From: Callorhinchus milii
Taxonomy: Eukaryota
Length of the DNA stretch: 64,000 bases
Assembly (NCBI RefSeq): GCF_018977255.1
Contig: NW_024704742.1
Span: 40,798,001-40,862,000, forward strand
Direction: 5' to 3'
The notes beneath the pieces were generated by a model, which searched no databases, was not told the origin of the DNA, and saw only the letters and a list, made by a program, of their open reading frames with translations. The position numbers and the translations under genes were made by a program. Shown here piece by piece: positions 24,101 to 38,571 of this stretch. The stretch's first letter is position 1, and each line of letters starts with the position of its first letter.

Positions 24101-25906
24101 AAATTAAATTTCTATTTAATTTAAACCAGTCTAAAAACTTTTGGTCGTCAAAATAAAATGCATGTTATTGCAAGAATTTTGGTTATATCCACAATTCTGG
24201 CTGCTACCAAAGCAAATGTCAAGAGTATTGAAATTCAGCAAAAGATGCAATGATGGTTGGCCTGAATGTTATCCCTAATTTGTGGTTCACTACTTGCTGA
24301 AAGTTTAAGAAGCACTCGCCTCCACCTTAGAGACAAAGATGAAACCCAGATTCTCAATCTTTCATGCACACATCAACAAATACATCATTTTTTTAATTAA
24401 AAAAAGCTGTAAAATATATTTTCCAATCAGTTTAATAATTTAAGTTCCTTTAATAATTTAAATGCTGAAGACAAAGTAAAGAAAATTAAAATTTACAGAA
24501 ATTTACACTTGAGTATAGCTCTTTCCTTTTTGGGGGCAACTGGGAGTCTGACACAGTTTGGCTCAGTGTCACTCTCACCTCTGAGTCAGAAAGTTGTGGG
24601 TTCAAATCCCACATTGGGACTTGAACTGGAATGTGCACTCTCTCCCTTGTCTAATTCCGAAAACTACTGGATGGAGGTTGGCAAGATCCAAGGCTTGGAG
24701 TCCCCAGAGTGTGCACTGGGGGTAATGGCCATATCGTTAAAGATGCCTGTACCATTGTTTTTAATGATTCCTGAAGGGTCTTCTATAAACATTCTACAAA
24801 GTCTACTGAACTGCAAATATATACAGATTTGGAATCCTGGAGCCAGGAATTTGCACTGTAGGAATGAGGTCAGTCAAACCTCATGGACAAATGTGACAAA
24901 AAAATCATTAAATACATAAAATTAAAAATTTGGTAATAATATTTTTTACAACTGCACATGTAGTAAATAAGGTGAAGCGGCATTTCAAACTATAAACTAG
25001 ACTATCTGCTCATGGCTTTTTTAAAGCGAAAGAACAATTTCATGAAACAACAAAAAAAGGACAGTGCAGAGATGTTATGGAAATTATTTTCTGTTCTAAG
25101 AAATAAAAGTAGTTCCTACTTTTCCATCTTTCATAAAATACTGGTGTATTTATAAAAAAAATTCAGGTCCCTTGTCTAGTTACACACAAATCTAGGCACA
25201 GTTAGCTTGAGCAGAGTTTGGCTTTTTAACCCCAGGTTTTTAATTATAGCACAGCTCAGTTGTCATTGATCAGTAACTACAACAAGTCATCATTAAATAA
25301 AGCAACAATTACTTCAGTGAAATCAGACCCAGCTGTTAGAGGCCCCCTGGGTACTCTTACTACCCACAGCTTAGAAAGGTTTCAAATTTACCAGAACATG
25401 CCTGTGGGGAAGGTCAGTCACACACAACTAAACATTTTATTACAGTCAGCATTCAATCAATATGAATAGCATCGACCTTTCTGAATGGAAGACTCATTTC
25501 AGGCCAACACATTTCAGACATAGCAAATGTGCTCTGAAGATCCGTTAAGCATCCCTGTTGCTATGCGTCTTAAGTTATTCTCAAAAATGATCTGCTCAGT
25601 CAACCTACACATTTATTCCTCTATGTTGACCAAAGGAAAAGTATGCATGCCACATAAGATTTATTGCAGTAGAGTTTTCGTAGTCCACCTTTTTTAAATT
25701 TAGTTATAGTTTTGTTTTACCTTTCTACACTACAAAGCACTTTCTCACTTACATGAAACAAAATAAAACAAAAAATTTACTATTTTATAGCACGTAACTT
25801 CGTACAGGTGTCTCAGGTTGCTTCACAGGTACATTAGACCCTGTTTTAATATGATAGTTGGATCCATGAAATCCCAAACAGCACTACAATGGGACATGAT
25901 TGCCAG

Positions 25907-26437
25907 CAATACAATTTACAATGATATTGTGCTTTCACATCAGGAGGATGTCTCACTGCTGGCTGGACAACTGAGCAGAGTGCCGGTGGGTGGGGAGTAG
26001 AAAAATGACCGAAAGCATGGTCAAGAGATAAGTCATGAGACAGGTTTTGATCGTGGGGAGGGAGGGAAGGAACAAGTTGGAGGGACTCCAGGAGAGTTCC
26101 AGAGATCAATGGCAGAATGACTGAAAATTCGCCTGCTAACAATGGGGTGGATAAGTTGAGCGACACAAAACAGGTCAGTGTTCACTGAGCAAAGGGAAAG
26201 GCTCTTTAGGTAGGATTGTAGAAGTTTGCAGAGGTGGGGCAGGCCATGGAGGGATTTAAAGGTGAGAAAGAGAATCCTGAATTCAATCTCTTGGGGATGT
26301 GGAGCCAAGTTAGGATGGGGTGATGGCATTACAAAGACCGGTGAGAAGAAGGCACAGGCTGCAGAATTCTGGATTGTCTGCATCTTGTGCGGAGAAAAGT
26401 TCGGGAGTCCCACAAGCACGGAGTTGATGTGGTCAAG
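25907..26437 (-). mobile_element. Decayed L2 LINE 3' fragment
   Basis: LVGLP...IQNSAA...IEFRILFLTFKSLHGL...LWNS. Confidence 0.8.
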
Positions 26438-26663
26438 TAAGCGTTCCAGTCAGTGCATCTGCGCCCCGAAAGATACTAGATCCATTACCACTTCAAATCA
26501 CTAGCCATCAGGTTGGAAAGTGGGAGGCAGAAGGTGATGTTTGCCACACTGCCTCTATTTGCAGCACTGCACTGTTTAATGGGCAGAAAGTGATATACGT
26601 AGAAACTGTATAAACTAAAAAATCAGTCATTTTGTATTTCAATTGGAAACAAGGTGAACTTAC

Positions 26664-26869
26664 GTTATAATTATGGTAACGAAAAACAGGGTTGTTCCAA
26701 AGCAGCTTCTCCTACAATCTGCATTTTTCTTCTGTCGCTGGTGCATCTCCCCTCCACAGTTGTCACAGCAACGACACAGGCAGAAACATAGGCCCAAAAG
26801 AGGCATTAGTAGAACAAACACCACACCCAGAATTGTGCATATGATGAAACCGATCTCATAGTAGATGAT
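26664..26869 (-). CDS. PROM1: Prominin-1 coding exon 4 (206 nt): TM1, Cys-rich loop, start of TM2
   Basis: IIYYEIGFIICTILGVVFVLLMPLLGLCFCLCRCCDNCGGEMHQRQKKNADCRRSCFGTTLFFVTII; prominin hallmark CRCC..CGGEMHQ; ag/gt boundaries. Confidence 0.97.
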
Positions 26870-27747
26870 CTGTTTTGAAGAGAAAACGTTCAGCAGATTT
26901 TGGTCATAACACTGCCGGCATTCCCACATTATGTTATCCACTTCATTCAACAAATCGTAAACTATTGTTGTAATAGCCTGAGGTCAGGAGCACTGTACAT
27001 CAAAGGAAAGAGGTCTACTTCAAAACATACACACACACACAATCATAAATGAAACAGCTCTGTACCATTTGTCAAATAAACTGGAAAGAATGGGATGTTA
27101 ACACCTGGGCAGTTAGAACTGACTGTCTTATTAGGGACATGGAACAAACAGTTCTGCTTTTTACTGTATTGTGTGCCAATGAGCAATTTATTTTGGTTAC
27201 AGGGCAGGATTGTTGCAGTGGTTTCCAGAACGTTCTTGCAGAAAGAAAAACAGTGTCTAGACAATGCATAATTGAAGAATCCTTTCTGCTGCACCGTTGC
27301 GTGGGAAGAAAGTAAGCTATCCTCCACAACCCCTTAGTACAGGCAGCTTGCAAACATGGGTAAACACTAAGTGAAGATGAAGAATTTTCCAGAAAAAAGA
27401 AAATGATGTTGAAGAGAACCAGAAAATAGCTTTCAAGAAATAGAAACAATAATGGTCCACTCTAATTAACTTTCAGTCACACTCCTTCCAAAACTGTTTG
27501 CTAAATAAACCCAAAGATTTCTATTCACAAAGCATTTAGAACCGATAAAGCCACATATTCTCGTACCTCTTTTCACCTGACATTTTCTCCACATTCATTA
27601 AAAATCATATCCTACTAACATTACAGCAACATACAATAACAAAAGTAATTATTTATACATGAATATAAATTAAAAGATTTTAAATTAATTTTCAATCCAG
27701 GGTAGGAAGGTCCTCTAGGGAATCAGCAACTCAAAGTGTGCGTTTAC

Positions 27748-27774
27748 CTGTAGAGTCAGGACAACATTTTGTGG
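27748..27774 (-). CDS. PROM1: Prominin-1 coding exon 3, 27-nt facultative microexon (PQNVVLTLQ)
   Basis: ccacag|CCA CAA AAT GTT GTC CTG ACT CTA CAG|gtaaac; same size, position and similar peptide to the alternatively spliced human PROM1 9-aa exon (PETVILGLK). Confidence 0.88.
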
Positions 27775-28149
27775 CTGTGGAGTCAAAGTTGATGTGTAAT
27801 GATGCATGGAATGAAGCATGCAGAACAAAAACAAGCAAGAAATGAGCAAACATGTCAACAGCACACGTGAATTTGTAAAAACACTTTTCCCACCAGTTAC
27901 AAAACAATTGTAAACATGGATTAAGAACTTTTCAGTTCAATCTCCTCAGTACACATCAGATTTGAACTTTGAAGATCACAAACTCAGTCAAGACTTTGGG
28001 GGGAGGAAGAAGGAAGACAGTAAAATTCCACTGGTTGGTAAGGTTATCACTGGTGTTATGCGCTTTTAATGGCACATCCGTGGTATCATGAGTCTGGAAT
28101 ATTTTGAAAAAGGTAAGCACTGATCAGTTTAACATTGAAATCTGTTCAG

Positions 28150-28409
28150 TCCCCCGAGTCCTCCGCTCCACCCTCGGCGGCCTTGCTTTCAGCCACTGTG
28201 CCCTGAGGCTCTGGAACTTCCTCACTCCCTCCATCTCGTTCCCTCCCTTCCCTTTTTCAGGTCTCTGCTGAAGACCTTTCTTTTCAACCGCGCCTTTGGT
28301 CACCTTACCCCCCCTCCCCTTGGCTCGACCCTGGGATCCGTTACTGTGAAGCGCTCTGAGATTCCGTCCGGCGTGGAGGGCGCTATATAAATCCAAGTTG
28401 TTGTTGTAG
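28150..28409 (+). mobile_element. L2 LINE 3' fragment (second 3'-end subtype)
   Basis: CTCCGCTCCACCCTCGGCGGCC.TGCTTTCAGCCAC...GGCGTGGAGGGCGCTATATAAATCCAAG(TTG)n. Confidence 0.8.
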
Positions 28410-28522
28410 TTAAATGTTGCCGGTCTTTACTAACTTACAACCTTCACAAAATAAACTTCAAGGAATATTTTGAAAGACTACAGGGAAGGGTCATAAAATG
28501 GAGTTGGAAGGTTTCACTTATT

Positions 28523-28930
28523 TACAACAACAACAACAAAATTACATTTATAGAGCGCCTTTCACATCGGGAGGACTAATCAAAGCACTGAACAGTCAGG
28601 TGTCGCGGCCTGAGCATTGGGGAGGGGTGGTGTAGGGGTGAGGGGAGGCAGAGAGGTGGGAGGGAGACCAAAGGCACGATCAAAGAGGAGGGTCTTGAGA
28701 CCAGCCTTGAAGGAGGCAAGGGAGGAAGCGAGGCAAAGGGACCGTGGGATGGAGTTCCAGAGTGTGGGGGCAGAGAGGCTGAAAGCCCGGCCACCGATGG
28801 TAGAGCGGGTCGGGCGGGAGACATGGAGCAGGCCGGAGCCCGCTGAACGGAGGGAGCGGTCAGGTTGATAGGGAGTCAGCTGGTCAGAAAGGTAGGAGGG
28901 GGCAAGGCCATTGATGGCCTTAAAGGTGAT
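28523..28930 (-). mobile_element. L2 LINE 3' fragment
   Basis: TFKAINGLAPSYLSDQLTPYQPDRSLRSAGSGLLHVSRPTRSTIGGRAFSLSAPTLWNSIP. Confidence 0.9.
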
Positions 28931-29220
28931 ACCTTGAACATACTTCAAACTATTGAGTTTTCCTATCCGTGTTAAAAAAAAAGCAAAGTAATTGGGAATA
29001 GCTTCCGTCTCAATTCCATTCCTACTCACTTTCAGAACGCAGAGGTATGATGATAGCAAATGTATGCAAGATACCAAATTCAACAATTCCTGTCTTCATA
29101 CTAGACCAAAAAGGTTGTTTTTTAAAAGGATTAATGTTGCAATAATTATATGAGTACAATATTTCAAATTTCTAATATGGTCAGGCATTGTAGCTCACCG
29201 GACATGTCAACAACACTTAC

Positions 29221-29279
29221 CCTTTGATATTGTTGTAGTACAGCTCCAAAGTTCTGCTTTATTAGCTCAGTCGCAATAT
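29221..29279 (-). CDS. PROM1: Prominin-1 coding exon 2 (59 nt)
   Basis: ccattctag|AT ATT GCG...CAA AGG|gtaagt; DIATELIKQNFGAVLQQYQR; phase 1 to 0 joins exons 1 and 3/4. Confidence 0.9.
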
Positions 29280-30814
29280 CTAGAATGGAAAAAGGAAAGG
29301 TTCACATTTACGAAAATAGAGGATTCACTGTAGTTTATATCAAAGCTCAGTCATACCAGTTTCTGATTGCAATACTTAAGCAGCTACTCATCGCACCAGG
29401 TTGTGTGAGACAAGTGCACATACTGTACTTGGATTTCCCTCAGGTTTTTCCTGATTGAAAATAATTGCTTGGACAGCAAATAAAATATCAGGACCTTTTT
29501 TCTAAAAAAGCGATGTACATTCCCAAGCATTTAGAACAAAAACAAAATTGTGTAACTCATATGATTGCAAAGGAGATCACAACCAGAGCCATGAGGAAAA
29601 AGTGAAAGAGGAAAAGGGGAAAATAAAGACACCAATATTGCTAGAAAAATACTTTCCAAGAGACACCTAAATTTAAACAAGCTAATGTGGTGAAATATAA
29701 GGTTCAATCTAACAACAGAAGAGAATACAGTGGAAACATACAGAAAGGTCAACCTATAAATGTGGGTAATTATTATTAAAGCACTAACGTGGTCAACATT
29801 TCTCAGTCTGTTTGCTAACCTTATTAGTAAGTTTCCACCTCATAATAAAAAATAGCAAAATGAAAGACAGGATGAACACAATAATTTTCTCCACGTCTCA
29901 GAGACCCAGAAGTGGTTTAATTATGCTGCTACTTGGAAAAAAAGGGAAAATCGGAAGCCTGTTAAGCCTTTACCAGCTCCAACAAGTCTCTTATTGGTTA
30001 CTCCTAAATGATTCAGTGACTGAATTCTGATCAATATTCAATCTCACGTCACATCTGGCAAGGGCATCAACATCCAATGGTTTGGTTACAGATCTCAAAC
30101 AAGCAAAGATCTAAGCACATCATCTCTGCCAGTTTAACCAGACAAATCATTGTGGAAATTCCATTGAATCTCTTATATCTAATCAAACAATAAAAGCATA
30201 ATCAAAACTGGGGAAAAGAAATCTCAATGCAATAACCTAATTTTACGTCAGCAATCAGCATCTCATAAAAACTCACTTGCATTTTGAGGGTCCTTTTTTC
30301 CTCCTTTGAATTATTCTCTTATAAACATGTTGGTTATTATGTTGATCAGGTTATGTTTCAATTTATGGAGGAGGGAAACAATCCAATACCATTCAATATG
30401 ATGTGAGAATAATACAAAGGTTCAAATCAACAACTTTTCTTTCAAATTAGTAAATAACATCTCCAGGTAGTATAAATAACAATAATAATAATTACATTTG
30501 ATATAACACCTTACCTTACCGTGGCAACAAAACATCTCAAAGCACTTCACCGGATTTACTGTAGTGACTGTAACCTAGGCAAATTATCTTATGCAGTACT
30601 AGAATGCAGTATTTTACCATCCAGCCATCAAACACAAGTCACAACCATTGCTCTTATGCCATCACTGATGGATACACTTATCCGTACAGAACTGTTCTAA
30701 GGTGTTTATTTATCGAACTGTTTCAGTTATAAGGCTGCAGTGTGAACAAAATTCACAATTTAAAGACACATGCATGCCACTATCACTTTCTGCTTTGTGT
30801 AACCGCTCAGCCAG

Positions 30815-31130
30815 CTGTGCAAAGGGTTCAGGTAGAGGAGTGGAGAGGTAGGGAGGTGCTGGGGCATGAAGTGATTGGTAGGAGAGTTTGAGGATCTTGA
30901 AATAGATCCGTTCTGGGACAGGAAGCCAATGGAGCATGACTAGGACATGGGGTGATGGGTGCCGATTTGGTACAGGAGAGATTATGGGCGGAGGAATTCT
31001 GAATCAGTTGGACTTTGTGAATTGTGGAAGTTGAGTCAGGAGGAGACGAAAGGGTAGATAAGAGTTTCAGTCGCGTTGGGTTTGAAGTATGGTCAGAGTG
31101 GAGGAAAATGGCCAGGGATCAGATTTTGGG
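30815..31130 (-). mobile_element. Decayed L2 LINE fragment
   Basis: LHWLPVPERIYFKILKLSYQSLHAPAPPYLS. Confidence 0.7.
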
Positions 31131-32621
31131 TAGGAAAGACTAAGACAACAAGAACAAAATTATATTTGTAAAGCACCTTTCACGTCGGGAGGACAAGAGT
31201 GAAGCATGACTGTAAAGTAATAACTGGTACTACAGCTGCATATAAAATGGAGTGCATAACAGTATGGTGAAGGAGGATCATCTTAGTAAAACGTTTTCAT
31301 TGAAAATATTAAGATACAAAATTGTGCTCATTGTCTGTAAATGAGTCAACCTCGCTCCTTGGATCAAGTGCAGCACAGTGGGAATGTTTAATTGCCATTT
31401 TTTAAACAGTTGATCAGAATAGGAACGCTTGAACATTTTGGAATATAATTCCAATGGACCAGGTGGGAGCTTCATTCAATAGTTATTTAAGAGAGAAGTG
31501 GAGCAAAGGAGGAGGAGGTAAAGCTCATTTAACTGCAGGCAAGATATTTTATTTCCATAACCCATGGCCTTCCTCTTTTCCTTCTCTATTACACAATCCC
31601 CCACCACACACAGCGTTTCAGATCTCTGTTCTCAGCTGGACGAGGCTCAAGACAACATCAACTAATGAGCCTCACAGGGAAAACTACTGACCCACATAGC
31701 CTTTCATCCCGAATACTAGCTTGGTAATGTTTAAACTAGAAAACATCAGTATCTGCCAACTACACATCAAGTATTCAAGATTCCTAACTTGAACACGCCT
31801 GATCTGCATTCAATCCCAATTTATATTCTTGCCATGCAGCTAGTTGCATACTGATGGGGAGTTTAATTGTACAGTAGAATGAAAGTCTCTCTGCTAAGCC
31901 TTCAGACTCATAGGCCAAGAGATCAGAGACATTCCAATAACTCAAATATACATACATTTTTTGTATTCAAAGTATTTCACCTTTTGAGTATGCAATACAT
32001 ACAACATGGGATAGTTTCAAAATACGCCTTGAACTTTGTTTCCTCTCTGCATCTCCACCCCCTCCCTCAAAGCAGGCATCCATCCCTGATTAAGACAGAT
32101 ACTTCTGAGCAAGGTTTGTCTTGGGCTTTTCCTGAACCAGCACACAAGAAATGCACAGAGACACTTTCTCTGTTCTCTGTACACTTTTTTAAATAAAAAC
32201 ATTTATGACCATCTGATTTGAGGCTATAAAAGGAAATTTCAGAACAGACACCACAAAATATTTTGTTACCCAGAGAGTAATTAAAAATGTATGAATTACT
32301 AGGAAGGAAGACTAATTTTAAAAAAGTTTGATTCTGTTATTGGAGGATGGTAGGATGGGGATTCTGGAAGGATAAAATCTAAATGGGCCAAAAGAGCCTT
32401 CTTCACCTCAACCTCTCTTGTGACAACCAGCATTATCAACTCAAAGGGCTACTATTTTGTCAACCAAATTGCTCGTTACACGAAGGCTTATTGAATCCTG
32501 CAAACACCATAAAACTAAATAACCCTAAGAGAAACATAACAAATTTCCATTTTAAGTTTTTAAATATTCAGCAGTTTTCTTATTCTTCAACTTTTTTTAA
32601 AATTAAATGTGAAAATAATTT

Positions 32622-32751
32622 GACTGCCGCGTTTCACACACAAAATACACAGTCAATCCACTTTAATCCACAGTAGATCCTGTGAAGCATGTTCAGACAT
32701 CTCAATAACGTGATAAGGCGCTATACCAAATGCAAGGATTATTATTATTAT
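32622..32751 (+). mobile_element. SINE 3' fragment
   Basis: CTGCCGCGTTTCAC...GGCGCTATACCAAATGCAAGG(ATT)n. Similar decayed 3' fragments at about 33575-33712(-), 41341-41455(-), 47069-47175(-) and 55820-55892(+). Confidence 0.75.
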
Positions 32752-35454
32752 GTGCAAACAATAATTCCTTGGGTCAACATAAAAAAGCGTGAAAAACCAA
32801 GAGTATGTGATCAGGTCGTAGAGTGCCTCCTGCAACAATTCAGTGGCAGAAGTGGGTTCAATCTTCCAACTTCCTATTTGGTGACTTCACAATCTCAATA
32901 TGAAATCTCATATCTCACAACGTGGCAGAGAGCAAGCAAGCAAAAAAATCAGAGGATGGAAAGCATCAGGGGCTGTCAATCTGTACTGCTTCAATAACTT
33001 TCCGTCAGCTGGTTAGAGAGTAACATTGGTAAAGACCAGGGAAAAGTCGGTCAGCTTGCCTCGCAGCCATCTGTCTGACTCTTACATTCAGATTATTTTC
33101 AGTTATTTGAATTCTTATAATTATTCCCATTTAGTATTCTGTATCCTCTTCCCTGACGCCCCACCCCCAATAATGGTTTTATATTCCCTGACTGTTCCAG
33201 GAACCAAGTAATCTGCTTTGAGAGCTGCTGTGAAAATCTTGAACTATCACTTTTCTCTTGTTTTAATCACATTCCCTTTTACACATTTCCTTTGATCCTT
33301 CAACAATTTCAACAGCAAAAGATAGCATGTGAAGTATTGAGACCAAGGATCAAACAACACTTTTTGGGGATGTTAACAAGCCTCAATTTTACAAATATCC
33401 TGAATGTAATCATTTTATCAGTTTCTATAGATGTCACTTAACACACAGAATTGCATTCATTCCCATACAAAAGGTCTGGTCACATTAAGAGAAAAGATAA
33501 CGCATTAAAAGTGGAGACTTGCAGCAAATATAATTTTACCTCTGAAAACAGACAAGAGTCCTGTACTGTGGATAATAAATAATAATCCTTGCAATTTGAT
33601 AAGAGTCTTAGCACGTCTTTGAGACATCTCAAAGCACTTCATAGAATATGCTGCAAAGTGAATTGACTGTATATTTTGTGGGCAAAACGTGGCAGCCAAT
33701 TGCGCACAGCAGATCTACAGGCTGAGGTACCCAGATTAGTTGGAAACATATCCAGGCTCCCGCACCCCATCTTAGTTTTTGAAACAATGCTTAATTTCCA
33801 AGTCAGCGAGTGCACATTACATTGATCTGTATTTAATTTTTGGCTAAACCCTGAAAAGAATTCAAAACATTGCACCAATAGCTACCAATTACAGCTTACT
33901 AATTTAGGTAGCCAGCAGTTTGTTTTTATATACATACATATATAAAAAACACATTCCATCATCACTGAAATTAGCTGCAATCATTTAGGACTTGTTTTTA
34001 TTAAAACGATAGAACAATAAGCAGCTGAAAAAAAATCCCAAATAAAAATGAAAACAAGACCAATTACATCTCCTGACAAGAAAAACATCAACATGTAAAA
34101 GTAATGTCATGTACTCTGGGCACAAGGGAATGGTACAAGTTAAATAGAAGGACCCAGGGGTGATTGCACGATCAAATATTTTTTAATCAGAGCAATTTTT
34201 TAAAAAAAATCTAGTACTTAGCGTGCACCACCAAAACACTGCACTGCAGAGAAACAATGACAGATAATTGTTTTGTGGCTAGTTCATATCAGTGAATACA
34301 AGCAACTGATGCTACTGATACGAGAAATGAACACCACAGATTTTTTTTAAATGAAATCTCTTTTTCTGAATAGCAATTATCTGACTGCAAGTAATAGAAC
34401 AGTACACTTTTTGGAACAGAGTTTATTTTAAATCATGTTGGTTATTTTGACCATGAGATTCAGATTACAAAAGATTTTCAGCCCATCTGATATCATTGTT
34501 GCAGAATATCCATCCTACTTCCTTCTCGTTACAGCATTAAGTAGTTTCAGAAATGAGTTCCATGTGATCCTTCCTTGTAACCCACTCTAGCTGTTGATTG
34601 CCCTTCTGTAATGAAATATCTTGATGCCTGTCCCAAATTGTAGTTTCTAGCTTATGTTTCAAATTATTTATTAACTTGTACCAAGACATTACTTGACAAT
34701 TCTGCTACATTAATATCAACGTTACAGATTTACAATTTTCTCCCAAGATCAAAACTTATTAAAAACGGGAATTATTTGGTGTCAAAAGGAACAAAATCCA
34801 ATTTCCTAGCGGGAAAAATCAATTCTCCGTTAGGTTCTTTTGTAAACAGAATTAAACCATATTGTGCAATAATTCATTTTATTGAATTTCTATTGTGTTG
34901 TTTTCCCCTTGCTCTTTTCCCCACAATACTAAATACAACCAAAGTACTTCAATGTGGGGATACACACATTCTTAAAATAGCATAAAAAAATAAAGTGAGC
35001 AATAATAAATTGGAAAATTGGGATAGTGCTCAATGTAAATTATACCCTAGAAATAAGTTTATTAAGACCACAAGTTGCAGCTTCACCTACCCGAGAGGAC
35101 AAATTAAACATCTTATCTGAATCTGTAACCTGATGAAGGATTGGGAGAAAGGCAAAATGAGAACATTCAAACTGCCATATTTATGTTGCCACTAACGAAA
35201 CCCCTCCACTTCTGGTAGTACAGTGATGTGAGGTGGGAAGCCCAATTTATACTTTATGATTCACATTCCTGGGAATGCAGAATTGAAAAAGAATGTTGCA
35301 CAATTTTTTTCAGCACTTAAAAACAGTGTTCAGATGCCTGCAATTCTGTAGGCTAAATGGCGAAACAGTTAAATTCCAGTTTACCAAAATTGCTGCACCA
35401 GTTCAGTAGCATTCGAACATTCTGGTAGAGGCATACATTCTCCTGCAGATCTGA

Positions 35455-36113
35455 TCCCCTAAACCTCCCAAACCTCTCCTTCAGACTCACCGAATCAGTG
35501 CGCAATTTAGGTGTCCGGTTTGACCCCTAGCTGTCCTTTCTTCCCCACATCCGGTCTCTGACCAGGAGCGCCTTCCTCCACCTCTGCCACATTTCCCGCC
35601 TCCGACCATACCTTACCCCAAATGCAGCTGAAACCCTCATGCATGTGTTTGTCACTTTTCGCCTGGATTACTCAAACCTACGCCTCGCCAGTCTCCCCAG
35701 CTCCACTATTCAAAAAATCCTGCTCAATCAGAACTCTGCCGCCCGCATACTGACCCGGACCAAACTCCGTACCCACATCTCACCAGTTCTGGCCGGGCTC
35801 CACTGGCTCCCCATCACCAAACCGATCGACTTCAAGATCCTCAAACCTGTGTTGAAACCCTTCACTCCCTGGCACTACCTCTCCGACCTCCTCACTCCCC
35901 AATCCACCATCCTGCAGCTCTGCTCGACTGGCACAGGTCACCTGCTTGTCCCTCATGCCCTCCGCTCCATCATTGGAGGTCGCCCACTCAGCCTCTATGC
36001 CCTGAATCTCTGGAACACACTCCCTCAATTCGTCCACCTTGCCCCCTCTCTCTCCTTTTTCAAGTCCTGCCTGAAAACCTACTAGGGCATTATATAAGTG
36101 CAAGTTGTTGTTG
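35455..36113 (+). mobile_element. L2 LINE 3' fragment
   Basis: HVFVTFRLDYSN...NQNSAARILTRTK...HISPVLAGLHWLPI; (TTG)n tail. Confidence 0.9.
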
Positions 36114-38571
36114 ACAACCAAGAACAGCATGGCAAATGAGGATCTCTCTGACTTTTTAATTCGTGAAATTAGCAAGATTTGCAGCCATGTAATAGGGTAG
36201 AGCTTCCCGAGGTCGGAGCACAGTCATTCAACTTGACCAGTAACGAACAAATGACTGAATCTGAGCATGCACTGTCCCCTTTAGAAGTCATGTTCACTGT
36301 CTACATCTCCCTCGACACTGCTTCATAACAACATATCAGCTTGCGCAGTAGTCCTGAACAATACTACATACTTTGAAAAACCTGCAAAGAGGCCACAGAG
36401 CCAATACATGATTATTAAAATTGTAACCACAATAATAAGCTTTAAATGCACCAATCCAGTCAGTTAAGGATTTTACTCAATAACATGGCAATGTTTGTGC
36501 GACAAAAAACATTCATGGAATTTGGCAAGTATTTTAACTAAATACATCTTATATTTTCCCCTCAAACTCCGTTGCTTGCTAATTATTTTATTGATAGGGA
36601 AGTGCCTGGCATTTATATCAACAACCTTGAACACATCAGAGCATGGGGAACGCAGGTTCAATGTCATTTTACCACGATAATTGTTATACTATGTGGGTGA
36701 AAATCATATCACTTAGGGTCATTTAAAAAAAATGGACAAGGATCCTAAACTGAGAAAATTTAAAACTTGGCACACCCAAAACACGAAAATGTATTAGCCT
36801 CTAATTTAGACATACCAAAATACTGAAGATTACACCATTGTAACCCTACATTACTGGTTTAGTCTTTCAATACAGTCCTCAAGAGCAGTGAAAAGAGTTT
36901 AACTGTTACGTATCTTGCAATGTGCGATTACAAATGAAAACATGGTTTGCTGCAGCATATAACTTTTAGCATTACTTCTCTCAGCTTCCACACCCATCTT
37001 GCGTGCAAGCCCTGGACTATCCAACGCCATGGGACTTCCTTCTGTCGTGAAAGTTGCCACACAAAAATACAAATTTGTTGCTGTTTTTGTTGAAAGCATT
37101 GGATATTTTCATGAAGCAAAGATAATTTCTAATTTCCCCATTCATCATAGCAACTGCCCTGGGCAGTATGGTTTAGTTATGAAAATTAGCTGGAATGTTA
37201 GTCCATTATCCCAGAACTTCCCCGTCAACAAAACCAGAATTTTCTTTGCACTCTGTTCTAATCATAACTTCCTGAGATGTAAATATGTTCAGTAATTTTT
37301 TAAAAAATCTTGAAAGATTAAAATTTGTTGCACTTTTTATATATATATGTGAGAATTAGATGATTGCAGTATTTTGCTTTTTGGACAATTTATTTATAAT
37401 CATGTCATACTCTTTTTTAGCAAAAGCAATACCAAGAATACCATATACATAGCAGCAAAACTCAAACATAAACAAATATCAGCAGTATAAAAGTAAAACA
37501 ACATTAGTGTAAGTTTTGACAGTTGTTTCTCTCAACCAAATTCTGAAAATTCGGTGAAAATGATTGTGCACCCGCACAGCGCAGTTCTGCCACAAACATT
37601 CACTCATCCGTCAAGAGAGATATCTGTATTTATCTTTGATGAAAACGATTGCAGAAAATGTCGATTCACAATACTGGAAAGAGGTTCACTGCGGTTGTTT
37701 TTAAATCAGATGAGTATTACTTCAGACGGACTATTTCAATTGAATATGCGAAAACCCTGAGAGAAGAAAATTTTACTGCATACATATAATGCGTTTAAAT
37801 ACCTATGTACGTCTCTGTAAGCATACTGTCAACAGGATTTATCTGACACATGCTTTCTCTTGTAGCTAAGGTGGCTGTGAGTCATACCAAGACCCTTCAT
37901 GAGCCACAATGGTTCAATAACACAGCTCTAGGACATAGTTAGTGCAGATTAATTGCTGCTTTTTCTATCTAACCCTCAAACACATTGTGTGAAATGCTTC
38001 AAGACATCTAGAGACAAGCCATGATAACAAATGCAAGTATTTATTTAATGTAGGTGAATATGACAGCTATCCATCAACAACTGTTAATGTCACTGTAACA
38101 TTTTTATATAAATAAAAGAACCCTGCCTATGGTCATTTACAAAAGCCTTTGAAGATTTGCTCAGTTAAGTTTCGCTCAAATGCCCTTGGAATTCAAAGAA
38201 TGTTAGTTTCTTTTTGGAACTTTTACCTATAAATTATTCACTTCACCCAGGACATGAAATGCATTAGAGGGATTCTACGGCCTAACAAATAGCACATGGT
38301 CTATTGGACACTGGAGACTCAGATGACTGAGCAGGTTTTTCTCATTCCCTGCATTTCTCACACAATCCATTTGCAGTGCAGTTCTTGGCAAGTTCCCAAA
38401 ACAGCTTTCTTCCCCGGTAATTGGTATCTGGCTCTGCTAATGCAAAGATGGAAGATTCATCGCAGATACGGTACTTTTTAAAACATTTAGCAAGTAAAAA
38501 CAGACATGGATTTAAAATGCCATGGAATTATTGAGAAGCAGTAGTTATAACAAATAAATTAGAATTTGTCA

